NCBI GenBank assembly: GCA_963708075.1
Contig: OY970194.1
Coordinates: forward strand, 2,272,001-2,336,000
Source of the DNA: Sedimentisphaerales bacterium
GTDB taxonomy: Bacteria > Planctomycetota > Phycisphaerae > Sedimentisphaerales > Anaerobacaceae
Direction: 5' to 3'
DNA: 64,000 nucleotides
Translations under genes and position numbers: made by a program
The notes under the pieces: generated by a model
The model's input: only the letters and a program-made list of their open reading frames with translations
Told to the model about the DNA's origin: nothing
Database searches by the model: none
Part shown: in pieces, positions 51,233-62,246 of the stretch
Numbering within the stretch: position 1 is the first letter of the stretch
How the letters are laid out: each line of letters begins with the position of its first letter

Positions 51233-51436
51233 GGGTGGCAGCGTCAAGCGCAGCTTGGCGATGGTCTTGCCCATTCGCCATCGCCAAGGCCTTCGGCCTT
51301 GACGCTGCCACCCGACTGCGCAGCCTGTACAGGCTCGATCTCAAGGATTTGGGACGAACCCAACTCGTTTGACGGTGCTCATTCGACTGAGTCTGTCCAA
51401 TCGAGACCCCACGGGCAAACGAGTCTGCTCGTGCCA
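51233..51436. repeat. REP family A plus family B cluster
   Basis: Family A at 51233-51313; family B inverted at ~51351-51436. Confidence 0.8.
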
Positions 51437-51639
51437 TCCATTCTATGCTCGGGAAGACTGCCACAGGACGGACGCGACTGAGCCATGCTCCGCATGACCG
51501 TTACTCCCTGCCGCGATGTTGCCTTTATCTATGGACAGGATAGAATAGGGTCCGGGCGCCGAGAGGCGAGCGGATGAGCTCGTCTGCAGGTGCGACCCGG
51601 CGATGATGAAGTCGTGAACCCGTGAAAGGAGCAATAGAA

Positions 51640-52281
51640 ATGGCGTACGCAGAACGATTCAGCCGACAGACCCCGGTTAGGCCGGCACTGGCCCTGATGT
51701 CGTTAACGCTCATGGCCGCCATGGCCGGATGCGGGCCGAAGGCGTGGCGAGGCGGTCCCGGAACGGAACACCCGCAACTCGATGAACCTGCGATGAGCGT
51801 CACGCTCGACCGCCGGGACATCGAGTACCTCGTTTCCGAGAACATCAAGGCCTTTCAACAGTCGGCGATCTGGAGCGAGACGATCATTAAGGCGGATGCC
51901 CCGCCGTTCGTGGCGATCTGGCCGATTCAAAATGCGACGACACAGCACATCGAGGACCAGGCGAGCGCCATCCTGTCCTCCATCGAGACGCACCTGGTCA
52001 ACTCCGGCCGGGTACGCATGGTGAGCCGCGAGCGGCAGGCGGAACTGGTCAGCGAGCTGCGGCTGCGCCAGAGCGACATCTACGACCCGGCGACCGCCGG
52101 CAAGCTCGGCCGCCAGTTGGGAGCACAGTACTTCGTCACGGGCAGAATCACCTCCGTGGATGAGCGATTCAAAGGCACGCACCGGCTACAGTACAGCCTC
52201 ATCCTCCAGGTCATCGAGGTGGAGACCGGCCTGATCCGATTCCAGAACGAAGCGATCCGCAGCAAGGCGCTGAGCCGCTGA
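51640..52281 (+). CDS. LpoB/CsgG-like lipoprotein
   Basis: Lipobox MAGC; N.T..HI, G..LGA.Y...G.I, VETG motifs. Confidence 0.78.
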   Translation: MAYAERFSRQTPVRPALALMSLTLMAAMAGCGPKAWRGGPGTEHPQLDEPAMSVTLDRRDIEYLVSENIKAFQQSAIWSETIIKADAPPFVAIWPIQNATTQHIEDQASAILSSIETHLVNSGRVRMVSRERQAELVSELRLRQSDIYDPATAGKLGRQLGAQYFVTGRITSVDERFKGTHRLQYSLILQVIEVETGLIRFQNEAIRSKALSR

Positions 52282-52307
52282 TCCGGCAAACGCGGGGGTG
52301 CTGCGGC

Positions 52308-53676
52308 ATGAATAGTCCGGCAGCGGCAAGATGTGGTAAATGCGCGTTCGTCCTCCTGGTCGTGCTGTGCGGCGGCTGCGCCACGTACAGCGATACCGTC
52401 AGCAAGACCCACCGGATGATCGAGAGAGGCGACTACGAGAACCGGCATCGGCGAGCTGAACGACATGCTCGGGGTCGACAGCTACGAGCAGGTGCCGGAT
52501 AAGTGGACCGCGCACAGGCCGCTGGCCGCACTCGAACGCGCGGTCCTGCTGCAAGCCATCGAACAATACAAGTGCAGTGCGCGAGATCTCAGCGTCGCGG
52601 AGACGGAATTGGATTACCTGGACCTCAGCGCGGACACGCTGGGCAAGATCGGCGAGTACGTCTACAGCGGTAGCGCAGAGAAATACAAAGCCCCGCCCAC
52701 CGAGCGACTGGCGATCAACGCATTCAACATGCTCAACTACCTGTCCCTGGGCAGCCTGGAAGGCGCCGCCGTCGAGGCCAGGCGATTCACGGTGACTCGC
52801 GATTATTTGCAGTCGGTGGATCAGACGACTCACGGGGCGTTCGGCTCCTACCTGGCGGGATTCGTGTTCGAGAAGCTCGGCGAGCCGGATCGGGCCCTGC
52901 GCTACTATGAAGAGGCGCTTGAAGCCGGAGATATCGAAGCGTGCCGCGAGCCCATCCTGCGGCTCTCCCAATTGTCCGATTACCGGGGGCAGAGGCTGAG
53001 GGAATATCTTGAGCGGATACAGCCGTCCAGCTCGGAGGAGGCCGAGGAGCAGACCGTGGACGAGGAGGCGACCGGCGATATCCTGATCGTGTTTGGTCTG
53101 GGCCGTGTCTCCTATAAGATTCCCAAGCGAGTCCCCATCGGCGCTGCTATCGGTTATGCGGGTGTGTCCGTGACCGGCAGCCCTGAGATTCTCGGCTATA
53201 CCGCACTGAAGGTACTGGTCTATCCGGAATTGGTCCCGCGCGGCAATTCGATCACGAATGCCGCCGTGAATATCGGTGGCCAGGCCGTTCCCGTGGAGCT
53301 GCTGACGAACCTGGATGCGGAGGTCGTCAGGGAGTACGAAACGATCAAACCCAAGATCATCGCGGCGGCCGTGACGCGGATGCTCGCTCGCGCTGCGGCT
53401 GCGGAGGGCGCCCGCCAACTGCCTGAGAAATCAAACAAGCTCGCGCGATGGCTGGCCGCCCTCGGCACGGAGGCCGCCCTTCTGGCCCTGGACAAGCCGG
53501 ACACACGGTCCTGGACGTTCCTGCCGGCCAGGGTATACCTCTGCCGCACCCGAGTCCCGCCGGGGCGACACGAGATTCACGTCACCCTCTCAGGCAAGGC
53601 CCAGGAAACGCGGGTGATCCCGGTGGATGTCTCCCCGGGCGAATTCAGTGTCATCGCCCTGACCGAGCCGCGATAA
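52308..53676 (+). CDS. COG3014-like TPR lipoprotein, frameshifted near 52440
   Basis: GGC lipobox in ORF 52308; removing one A at 52440-52441 joins ORF 52465-53676 (AAVEARR, DTRSWTFLP). Confidence 0.72.
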
Positions 53677-53685
53677 GGCGGGGAC

Positions 53686-54259
53686 TCATTCGCATTGCGG
53701 GCCGTAGGACCTGGCGACAACCTGGCGGAGGGCTTCGAGCTTTGCTTCGGACTTGGCCAGCGCTAATGCAATAGAGAAGTGCAGGGGATCGTCCTCTTCG
53801 CGGGAGGCGACCAGGCACGGAAAGCCGAGACGCTTCATGTACAGCTCGCGTACGGCCGCACCGATCATGCGCGGTGCCACCATGATAGCACCCGTCCCAG
53901 CGGGCGGATCGATTGTCCTGTAGAACACATTGTAACCGCTGGCGAAACACAGCACGTCGCCGGCCTCAAGATGAGAACCTGATCTGGCTCTCATAGACCT
54001 GCGGCTGCACCTCATCGGGTATGAGCATCAGAATGACGTCCGCCTTCTCCGCGACATGGCTGATCGCATGGACTACAAAACCGTCCTTGATTGCGGTGTC
54101 TTTGTACCTATCGTCGCGGTTGCCGATCAACGGCTCGAAACCGCTATCCCGAATATTCAGAGCCTGCGCACGACCCTGATTTCCGTACCCGATGACGCCG
54201 ATGGTTCGCCCGCTCAGCATAGACAGGTCAACATCATCGTCGTGATAAATCCTGGTCAT
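53686..54259 (-). pseudogene. ilvC: Ketol-acid reductoisomerase remnant (frameshifted, C-terminal domain missing)
   Basis: IGYGNQGRAQALNIRDSG, LIPDEVQ, MVAPR; frameshift near 53977; homology ends after ALALAK. Confidence 0.82.
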
Positions 54260-54280
54260 AGGATTCTCAGAAACTCGATT

Positions 54281-55030
54281 TTATTCGAACACGAGCGTGC
54301 CGAACTTGTTGGACTCGTGAAAACTCGGTCCGACCCGGGCCCAGTCCCAACTCGAGCTCTTGCCCTTGCCGTCGTCGTAATCCACGCGGTAGAAATTGGC
54401 CCGCCAGCGAGTTCCCGGTTTCGGCGGGACATTCTGCAGGGGCTTGAGCAATTCGTACGGGACGAACACTTCCGCTTTCCAGCCTGTCACGCGGGCCCCC
54501 GACTGCTTCGGACCGCCGGCGACCGTCGTGGCCTTCTGCGTCTTTCGTTTACCCTCGTAGTGCCACGGCCGCCAACCGAGGAACTCGCCGCCGAAGTTCG
54601 GGATGAGAATGGGCAGCTCATAGCCCAGCGGCGAGATCTCGTACTCGAAGTAGACGGAGTATCGCTCGTCCGGCCAGAGGAAGAACTCGAACACGTCCTC
54701 GTTCCACAGGTCGAGGAAGTCCTCGCTCATCGTGGCGGTGATCGTGCGATCCTCGCCATCCATGAGCACATACAGCCCGGTCTGCGAGTAGAGCATCTTG
54801 ACACGAGTCGAATAGGGCCGGCCGTCGGCGGTTCGAGGACGCAGCGGCTCCCACTCGGTCTTCGTCCAGGCAGGCGCATCCCCATTGCCATTTACAGTGA
54901 AATCCTCCGTCTGGCGGACGCGGAGCATCTTGGCAGCCGGGTCGCCCCGATCCGCCTGTTGCGTGTACACCCACGAACACCATCCGACCACAACGGCTAA
55001 AGCCGGCCACGCAAGCATGCGCATCTTCAT
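54281..55030 (-). CDS. Exported CBM9-like carbohydrate-binding protein
   Basis: Signal peptide; DVFEFF, YFEYEISP, WRANFYR, SFH. Confidence 0.78.
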   Translation of the reverse strand: MKMRMLAWPALAVVVGWCSWVYTQQADRGDPAAKMLRVRQTEDFTVNGNGDAPAWTKTEWEPLRPRTADGRPYSTRVKMLYSQTGLYVLMDGEDRTITATMSEDFLDLWNEDVFEFFLWPDERYSVYFEYEISPLGYELPILIPNFGGEFLGWRPWHYEGKRKTQKATTVAGGPKQSGARVTGWKAEVFVPYELLKPLQNVPPKPGTRWRANFYRVDYDDGKGKSSSWDWARVGPSFHESNKFGTLVFE

Positions 55031-55075
55031 GATGATCTCCCCTTATCGGAGCCCCTTAATGCCGCTCAGATTCTG

Positions 55076-56437
55076 TCATGCCTTCTGCGCTTTGACGAGC
55101 GCGTCCCTGTTCTCGTAGACCTTCGCGACGGCGTCGGCGATGTCGTCGATATCGCCCTTTTCGCCGAGGAGCATATTCTGCGTGAACCAGACCGCCTCTT
55201 CGCAAAGCTGCTCGTTGCCCGGGTACTTCAGCTCCTCGCGATACCGGTCGAGCCTCGCCTTCGGGAACGCTCGCTTGAAGCTCTTGGAACTGAGGGCCGC
55301 CTCGATCAGGCCGTCACGGTATTGAGGACCGTATCCGCCGGAGCATGGAATGCCTTCCCTGCTGAGGGCAGCGAGGAATTGGCTCCTGGGCAGATTGTTG
55401 AACTGCTCCTTCTTGTACCGGAACGGATAGAGGTGGTACACGGCCCGGGTCGCGCCCTTATACAATTTATGAGGCACGATGCCCGGAATGTCCTTGATCT
55501 TCGAGGTGAGGTAGTTGGCGTTCTCCACGCGCTTGACTGTATCCGCCTCCAGCCGCTGCACCTGGTTCAGCAGGATGGCGGCCTGGTACTCGGTCATTCG
55601 CCGATTCGTCCCCACGATGGGATAGCCGCTCCCCTTCACACTGCCGAACGGCCGGCCACAATTGTGATAAGACCAGACGCGGTCCATCATCTCTTCATCG
55701 TTGCCGACCACCGCGCCGCCCTCGCCGCAGGGCAGATGCTTCGACTCCTGGAAGCTGAAGCAGCCGAGATCGCCGAGCGTCCCGCACTTCTTGCCCCCCC
55801 ACTCCGCCAGCCACGCCTGGCAGGCGTCCTCGATGACTTTCAGATTGCGTTTCTTGGCGATCGCGTTGATCCTGCCCATATCGGCGGGCAAGCCGAGGAT
55901 GTGGACCGGCAGGATCGCCCGCGTGTTTTCGGTGATTTTCTCCTCGATCTTGTCCGGATTGATCAGGAAGGTCTCGGGGTCCGTGTCGGCAAAGACCGGC
56001 AAGGCGACGGAATTGAGGACCACGTTGTACGTGGCGATGAACGTATAGGGCGAGACGATCACTTCGTCACCGACCCCAACATCAAGAATGTGCAGCGCTG
56101 TGAGCAGAGCGTTCGTGCCATTCATCGTGCAGACGCATCGCTTGGCGCCCAGCAGTTCCGCGTACTTCGCCTCGAACTGCGAAACCGTGTTTCCGCTGCC
56201 GCGGAACCAGTGCCCGCTGCGCAGAACGCCAAGGACGGATTCTTCGGCCGATTTGTCCCAGACCGGCCAACTCGGAAATGCTTTAGCCCGGATGGGCTGG
56301 CCGCCGAGGATGGCGCACTTGCTCGCTTTCCGGCTTGCATTCGCGTAGGCGGGAATGGTCCCCCCGACCGCGGCAGCGATGGTGCCGGCCGATGCCGTGG
56401 CCAGGAATTGTCGTCGTGTGAAAGTGCTCCGGCTCAT
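55076..56437 (-). CDS. DegT/DnrJ/EryC1/StrS aminotransferase with Tat signal
   Basis: TRRQFL; IEDACQA, FSFQESK, GEGG. Confidence 0.9.
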   Translation of the reverse strand: MSRSTFTRRQFLATASAGTIAAAVGGTIPAYANASRKASKCAILGGQPIRAKAFPSWPVWDKSAEESVLGVLRSGHWFRGSGNTVSQFEAKYAELLGAKRCVCTMNGTNALLTALHILDVGVGDEVIVSPYTFIATYNVVLNSVALPVFADTDPETFLINPDKIEEKITENTRAILPVHILGLPADMGRINAIAKKRNLKVIEDACQAWLAEWGGKKCGTLGDLGCFSFQESKHLPCGEGGAVVGNDEEMMDRVWSYHNCGRPFGSVKGSGYPIVGTNRRMTEYQAAILLNQVQRLEADTVKRVENANYLTSKIKDIPGIVPHKLYKGATRAVYHLYPFRYKKEQFNNLPRSQFLAALSREGIPCSGGYGPQYRDGLIEAALSSKSFKRAFPKARLDRYREELKYPGNEQLCEEAVWFTQNMLLGEKGDIDDIADAVAKVYENRDALVKAQKA

Positions 56438-56640
56438 ACTTGACCTCCTTTATTCACAGGTAATGTGATTTCGCCCTGAATCCGATTGTCAGCAAGGCAT
56501 TATATCCCCCCGCCCGGCAACTCTCCAATCTTAGAAATGGCAAAAACCTGATTTCCACCCGCATGGGTGGAATGTCCCCCCTGATTCAACTACACTAAGA
56601 TCATGATCGAGATGACGAGAAGAGCAAAGGAGTGCATTCC

Positions 56641-57666
56641 ATGAAGGCGATGGTGCTTACGCGAGTCGGGCCGATCGAGAGCAGGCCACTGGAGTTGAAA
56701 GAGGTGCCCGCTCCCACGCCGCAGGCCGGCGAGATTCGCATCAGGATCGCTGTGTGCGGGGTTTGCCACACCGATTTGGACGAGGCGGAGGGCCGGCTGG
56801 AAGCGAGACTGCCGGTCATCCCCGGTCATCAGGTGGTCGGCCATGTCGAGAGCCTTGGGCCAGGCACATCGGCGTTCAAGCGGAACGACCGTGTTGGAGT
56901 CGCCTGGATCTACTCCGCCGACGGCGTTGGCGAATTCTGCCGCGATGGGACCGAGAACCTGTGTCCGCAGTTTCGCGGGACCGGCTGCGATGCGGACGGC
57001 GGCTATGCCGAATTCATGGTCGTGCCGGAAGCATCGGCCTACCCGATTCCTGAGCAATTCACAGATGTGGAGGCGGCGCCGCTGCTGTGCGCGGGAGTGA
57101 TCGGCTACCGAGCTCTGCGGCTGACCAACCTGAGGGATGGCCAGGTGCTTGGGCTCTTCGGCTTCGGCGCTTCGGCCCATATCGTGATCCAACTCGTCAA
57201 GCACAAGTACCCGGATTCAAGGGTATTTGTCTTCACGCGTTCAGGCCAGAAGGAGCACCAGGAGATGGCGGCAAGACTGGGGGCTGATTGGGTCGGTGCA
57301 ACGGGCGACGACCCGCCGGCAGGTTTGCACGCGGCGATTGACTTCACACCCGCGTGGACGCCGATCCTCGAAGCCCTGCGTGTCCTGCGGCCGGGCGGCC
57401 GGCTGGTGATCAATGCCATCCGTAAGGAAACCAGGGACAAAGACGCCCTGCTACAACTGGACTATGCCACACACCTGTGGCGAGAAAAGGAGATCAAGAC
57501 CACGGCGAATGTCACACGGCAGGACGCCCGCGAGTTCCTGCCTTTAGCCGCGGAGATTCCCATTCGCCCGCAGGTCCAGGAGTTCCCGCTGGAACAGGCC
57601 AACGACGCCCTGCTCCTGGTCAAGCAAGGCAAAACCCAGGGCGCCGCCGTGCTGAGAATCTCGTAG
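56641..57666 (+). CDS. Zinc-dependent alcohol dehydrogenase family protein
   Basis: CGVCHTD, PGHQ, GFGAS, GAAVL. Confidence 0.9.
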   Translation: MKAMVLTRVGPIESRPLELKEVPAPTPQAGEIRIRIAVCGVCHTDLDEAEGRLEARLPVIPGHQVVGHVESLGPGTSAFKRNDRVGVAWIYSADGVGEFCRDGTENLCPQFRGTGCDADGGYAEFMVVPEASAYPIPEQFTDVEAAPLLCAGVIGYRALRLTNLRDGQVLGLFGFGASAHIVIQLVKHKYPDSRVFVFTRSGQKEHQEMAARLGADWVGATGDDPPAGLHAAIDFTPAWTPILEALRVLRPGGRLVINAIRKETRDKDALLQLDYATHLWREKEIKTTANVTRQDAREFLPLAAEIPIRPQVQEFPLEQANDALLLVKQGKTQGAAVLRIS

Positions 57667-57796
57667 AGTTCACGAAGACTCCAGGACTTGTTGCTCGTTG
57701 AATAGATAAAGAAAATGGCTCACAGCGGCGAGTCCCCAAGAAAAAGAGCTGCTTGCTCACGGCCATTTTCTTTAACTATTCAAAGCCCGATAGAGT

Positions 57797-57880
57797 GGGT
57801 GGCAGCGGCAAGCGCCAGCTTGCCGATGGCTCACTGTATTGCGAGGCACCATCGGCAAGCTCCGCTTGCCGATGCCACCC
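57797..57880. repeat. REP family A
   Basis: GGGTGGCAGCGGCAAG...CTTGCCGATGCCACCC between convergent genes. Confidence 0.85.
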
Positions 57881-57886
57881 GTCACT

Positions 57887-58453
57887 TCATAGACTTGCGA
57901 GAATCCAGTCGGCCGCTTCGCCGATGCCGGAGACGACGATCTCGCCGGGCGACACGTCCGCAAGATGCTTTTCGCCGTGCCCAGTCCGGACATACACGCC
58001 TCGGGCACCGACGGACTGGGCGAATTCCACGTCGTGCGGATGATCTCCGACGGTGAAGGACCGCTGCAGGTCCACCCCGTGCTCGGCGGCGGCCTTTCGG
58101 AGGAAGTGCGGGTTGGGCTTGATGCAGAGGCAACCGTCTGCCCGCTCGTGGGGACACACATACACGGCCGTGATGGTTATACCGTGCTCGGCGAGGTATG
58201 AGAGGACCCTTGCATTCACCCGGTCCACGTGTTCCAAGGTGATTGTGCCGCGCGCTACCCCCGGCTGATTCGTGACGAGAAACAGCAGAAAATGCTTCTG
58301 AAGACATCTCAGAGCATCCACGGTATCCGGAAAGAATACCACATCCGTAGGCTCGGCCAGCACCCCGCGGTCCTCGATGATAGTGCCATCGCGGTCCAGA
58401 AACACGGCGGGACGAAGCCGGGCGGTCTGCGGCGTTGTGGTTCCTTTTCGCAT
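57887..58453 (-). CDS. gmhB: GmhB/HisB-type HAD phosphatase
   Basis: FLDRDGT, VTNQPG, CPH...C.C.KP, VGD. Confidence 0.82.
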   Translation of the reverse strand: MRKGTTTPQTARLRPAVFLDRDGTIIEDRGVLAEPTDVVFFPDTVDALRCLQKHFLLFLVTNQPGVARGTITLEHVDRVNARVLSYLAEHGITITAVYVCPHERADGCLCIKPNPHFLRKAAAEHGVDLQRSFTVGDHPHDVEFAQSVGARGVYVRTGHGEKHLADVSPGEIVVSGIGEAADWILASL

Positions 58454-58457
58454 GCGA

Positions 58458-59729
58458 TTATTCTGCCGCCGAGATCGCTGAGTTTGCCGAAGCGGGTGCT
58501 GGAGCCCTGCCGGACATGAAACGCCAGATACCCCACGCCAGCACCATTGCCAGGACGAGATAGATCAGCGACGTCGCACTGATGCAGGTGCTCATGCCAA
58601 ACCGCTGGGACGCGGCGGCGATTGTCACGGTGGCGGTCCCCGCCCCCAGCCAGCCGACGGAGTTGACGACGCCCACAGCCGTCGCGCGGCGCTCCGGCGG
58701 CACAACGTCATGCAGCGATGCCCAGATATTCGAATCGTAGAGTCCCTTGAACAGTCCAAAGCACGCCATGCCGAGGATGAGCATTGGCACGTGCAAGGTC
58801 TGGCCGACGATGAAGATGAACGGGACGCCGCAGAACAGGCCCAGCATCTGCGTCATCATGCGTCCGCCACGATAGCGCCGGGCCATGCGATCCGCCAGCA
58901 CGCCGCCGCCCAGGACGCCCAGCACGGAGGCTACCTGGAGGTAGGCCGTGGCGCTGAAGCCGGCCATCGAAAGGCTCATGTCGAATTTATCCACGAGGAA
59001 CTTCGGCAACCAGACCAGGAAGACCATCGCCACAAAGTTGGCCCCGACGAATACGCCCGTGAGCACCCACGCCATGGGGACGCGATACACGTCGCCGATT
59101 GTCTTGACGATCTCGCCAAGGCTCTCCCTTCGCCGGGACTCCGGCCGGCTCTGCTCCGGGGGCTCCTTCAGGCATAGGAACAGCAGCACGCCCAGGACCA
59201 TCCCCGCGAGCCCCAGCAGCGTGAACGACGAGCGCCAGCCGTAAAGCTCGCCCATGGCGCCGCCGAGCGTGCCGCCTGCCACGGTGCCGATATAGACACT
59301 GGACTGGTGAATGCCCATCGCGCGGGAGCGAGTGTCCTTTCCGTGATAGGCGCTGATCAGCGCCATCGCCGCCGGGAAGTAGAACGCCTCGCCGAAGCCT
59401 TCGATAGCCCGCAAGGCGACGATGTGCCAGTATTTCGTAGCGAAGCTGAAGGCCAGCGTGGTCAGCGACCAGAAGAGAAACCCGGCGAGCACGACAGTTT
59501 TACGCCGGAACCGGTCGCCTACGAGTCCCGCAAACCAGCCCGCGCCGGCATAGACCCACATGAAGGAGGATGCCACGTAGCCCAACTGGACAGTCGTGAG
59601 TTGCAGGCCCGTGTCCTTCTGGAGCATTGGAAAGACCGAGTAGATGCTCTGCCGATCCGCGTAGTTGAAGAAGCAGACCAGCCACAACATGGCGACCACG
59701 GCCCATTTGTAAGCGCGATCGGACATCAT
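58458..59729 (-). CDS. MFS transporter
   Basis: NYADR, GDRFRRK, about 12 TM segments. Confidence 0.9.
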   Translation of the reverse strand: MMSDRAYKWAVVAMLWLVCFFNYADRQSIYSVFPMLQKDTGLQLTTVQLGYVASSFMWVYAGAGWFAGLVGDRFRRKTVVLAGFLFWSLTTLAFSFATKYWHIVALRAIEGFGEAFYFPAAMALISAYHGKDTRSRAMGIHQSSVYIGTVAGGTLGGAMGELYGWRSSFTLLGLAGMVLGVLLFLCLKEPPEQSRPESRRRESLGEIVKTIGDVYRVPMAWVLTGVFVGANFVAMVFLVWLPKFLVDKFDMSLSMAGFSATAYLQVASVLGVLGGGVLADRMARRYRGGRMMTQMLGLFCGVPFIFIVGQTLHVPMLILGMACFGLFKGLYDSNIWASLHDVVPPERRATAVGVVNSVGWLGAGTATVTIAAASQRFGMSTCISATSLIYLVLAMVLAWGIWRFMSGRAPAPASANSAISAAE

Positions 59730-60676
59730 CAGACCAGTCCCTGTCGGGTAATGCCGAGTTCTTCCAGATAACCACGCACGACTTCACGCTCGGGCTCGCG
59801 GAAGCGATGGAACGGCTCGGCGAGAAAGTCGCTGCAGATGCCGAGGCAGGAGAGGGCGCATTTGAGGCCCTTGAGGAAGCTCGATCCGTATCGGCCGACG
59901 CTGTAGATCGTCGCATCGATTCGCATGACGGTCCTGTGGAGCGACTCGACCCGCGCGAGGTCTTTCGCGCGGGCGGCCTCGTAGAGATCCACGTACAATC
60001 GCGGCAAAAGGTTGGCCCCACCGCAGACGCCGCCGTGGCCGCCGAGCAGCACCGTCTCGGCCAGAAGCTGCTCCGGTCCCATCAGCAGCGTGAAATCGGG
60101 ACGGTCCTCCAGGATATGCTGGACCTGGCGAAAGTAGATCATGCTGGCGGAGCTGTCCTTGAGGCCGACAATGCCCGGCAGATCGGCGGCGGCCCTCACC
60201 GTCTTGGGCTCGAACGCCGGCTGCGGGCGGCCCGGATTGTTGTAGAGGAATAGCGGCAGCGGCAACTCGGGCACGAGGTGCTTGAGATATTCGAACAGCT
60301 CCGGCTGGCCGGTCGGGAAGTAGTACGGCGGAGCCAGCACCAACGCCGACGCGCCAACTTGTTCCGCCTTACGGGCGATTTCCACGGACTCGACGAAGGA
60401 GGTATCCGTGATGCCCACAAGGACCGGCACCCGGCCGCGGACCTGGGCACAGACGCGCTCGATCAGCTCGTGCCGGATGCGGTGACTGAGGCTGGGTGTC
60501 TCGCCGGTGGTGCCAAGAATGAAAAGCCCGTGAACGCCCCCCGCGATGATGTGCTCGATCAGCCGCTCCAGGCCGGGCACGTCGAGCACGTCACGATCCA
60601 GCAACGGCGTCACCATGGGCGGGATGATTCCGCATAACGGCTTGGCGAGTGTCTCTGCACCGCGATCCACTTGCAT
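59729..60676 (-). CDS. DHDPS/NAL-family aldolase-lyase
   Basis: GTTGE, LYNNP, GLKDSS. Confidence 0.88.
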   Translation of the reverse strand: MQVDRGAETLAKPLCGIIPPMVTPLLDRDVLDVPGLERLIEHIIAGGVHGLFILGTTGETPSLSHRIRHELIERVCAQVRGRVPVLVGITDTSFVESVEIARKAEQVGASALVLAPPYYFPTGQPELFEYLKHLVPELPLPLFLYNNPGRPQPAFEPKTVRAAADLPGIVGLKDSSASMIYFRQVQHILEDRPDFTLLMGPEQLLAETVLLGGHGGVCGGANLLPRLYVDLYEAARAKDLARVESLHRTVMRIDATIYSVGRYGSSFLKGLKCALSCLGICSDFLAEPFHRFREPEREVVRGYLEELGITRQGLV

Positions 60677-60801
60677 GCCTCCAACAGACGTTTCCATACT
60701 TGCATCTGAATCGATGTTGACATCATAGCAGAACCTGCCCGAAAATACAGTCGAGCAAGGAAAAAAGCTTTGTCGCTGATGGATACTGGAGAGATCGAGC
60801 C

Positions 60802-62176
60802 ATGAAGTCACGTATGACACGCCGTTCGTTCGTGAAGAAAGCCTCCGCCGGGCTGGCTGGGATCAGCTTTCTCGCCGCGAGCACCAAGTCCCTCTATGCC
60901 GGCGCGGCCAACAAGGCCAATATGTTGGCCATCCACGGCGGCACACCCGTCCGCGTCAAACCCTTTTCCGAGAACCTGGCCCATCATCGATGGGCGGGAG
61001 GAGAAGGCGCTAGTCAAGGCGCTCAAGAGTCGCAACTGGTGCTGCCTGCGAGGCAACGCGGTCTATGACTTCGAGAAAATGTTCGCCGAAGCGATGAATG
61101 TACCCCACTGCGTCCTGACCAACGGCGGCACGACCGCCCTCAGCGCCTCGCTGCACGTGCTCGGCGTCGGCCCCGGCGATGAGGTCATCACGACCCCGCA
61201 CACGTTCATCGCCACGATCAACACGATCACCAACGTCTATGCCCTGCCCGTGTTCGTGGATATCGATCCGGACACCGGCTCGATCAACGCCGACCTGATC
61301 GAGGCGGCCATCACGGAGCACACGAGAGCCATTCTTCCCGTCCATTTAGCGGGCTGGCCTGTGGACATCGGGAAGATCATGGCCATCTCGAAGAAGCACG
61401 ACATCCCCGTGATCGAGGACGCCTGCCAGTCCGTGTATGCCGAGGTCAACGGCAGGAAGGTCGGGACATTCGGTAAGACCGGCTGCATCAGCTTCCAGGA
61501 ATGGAAGTCGCTGGTCTGCGGCGAGGGCGGCGCGATCCTGGGCAGCGACGAGGAGGTCATGCGCCGCTGCGGCGCGTTCATCAACAACGGCCGGGACCCG
61601 AAGAAGCTGGAGAAAGGTTACCCCTTCCCCGGCTCGAACCACCGCATGACCGAGTTCCAGGCCGCAGTTCTCACGGAGCAGTTCAAGCGGTTCCGGGAGC
61701 AGGCGCCGCTTCGCCACGAGAACGGGCGCTACGTGGAAGACAGCCTGGCGCAAATCCCCGGCTTGACCCCTCGCAAACGCTACTCGGACAGCACGCGAGT
61801 CACCTACGTCCAGTTCGAGATGAACTACGACCGGCAGCAATTCAAGAACGTCTCGGCCGCCCGCTTCGCCGAGGCCTTGCGAGCCGAGAACATCCCCATG
61901 CGCGGCGGCCCGCGACGGTATAGCGAAGGCTGTCAGAAAGAGAAGATGCTGCTGGAGCATTTGAACTCATCAGGATTCCAGGTGGCGTTCGGCAAGGCCC
62001 GGCTCGACAAATATCGCGAGTCTGTGCATCTTCCCGTGATGGACGGCGAGAAGCCGCCCCAGCAGGAAATGCTCTCCATGGACAGCAAGATCCCGTTCCT
62101 CGGCTCGCGCAAAGAGATGAACGAGATCGTCGAAGCCGTGCAAAAAGTCGCCCGCAATATCGACAAGCTGGCCTGA
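60802..62176 (+). CDS. Second Tat-signal DegT-family aminotransferase, frameshifted at TTTT 60964-60967
   Basis: TRRSFVK in ORF 60802; removing one T joins PRTWP...IEDACQS...SFQEWK. Confidence 0.82.
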
Positions 62177-62246
62177 GGACCATCCCACGAGTCGGGCGCC
62201 ATGCTTACGCTCGCGTAAGTATGCTCTCCTATCAGCGTGAACTCGA

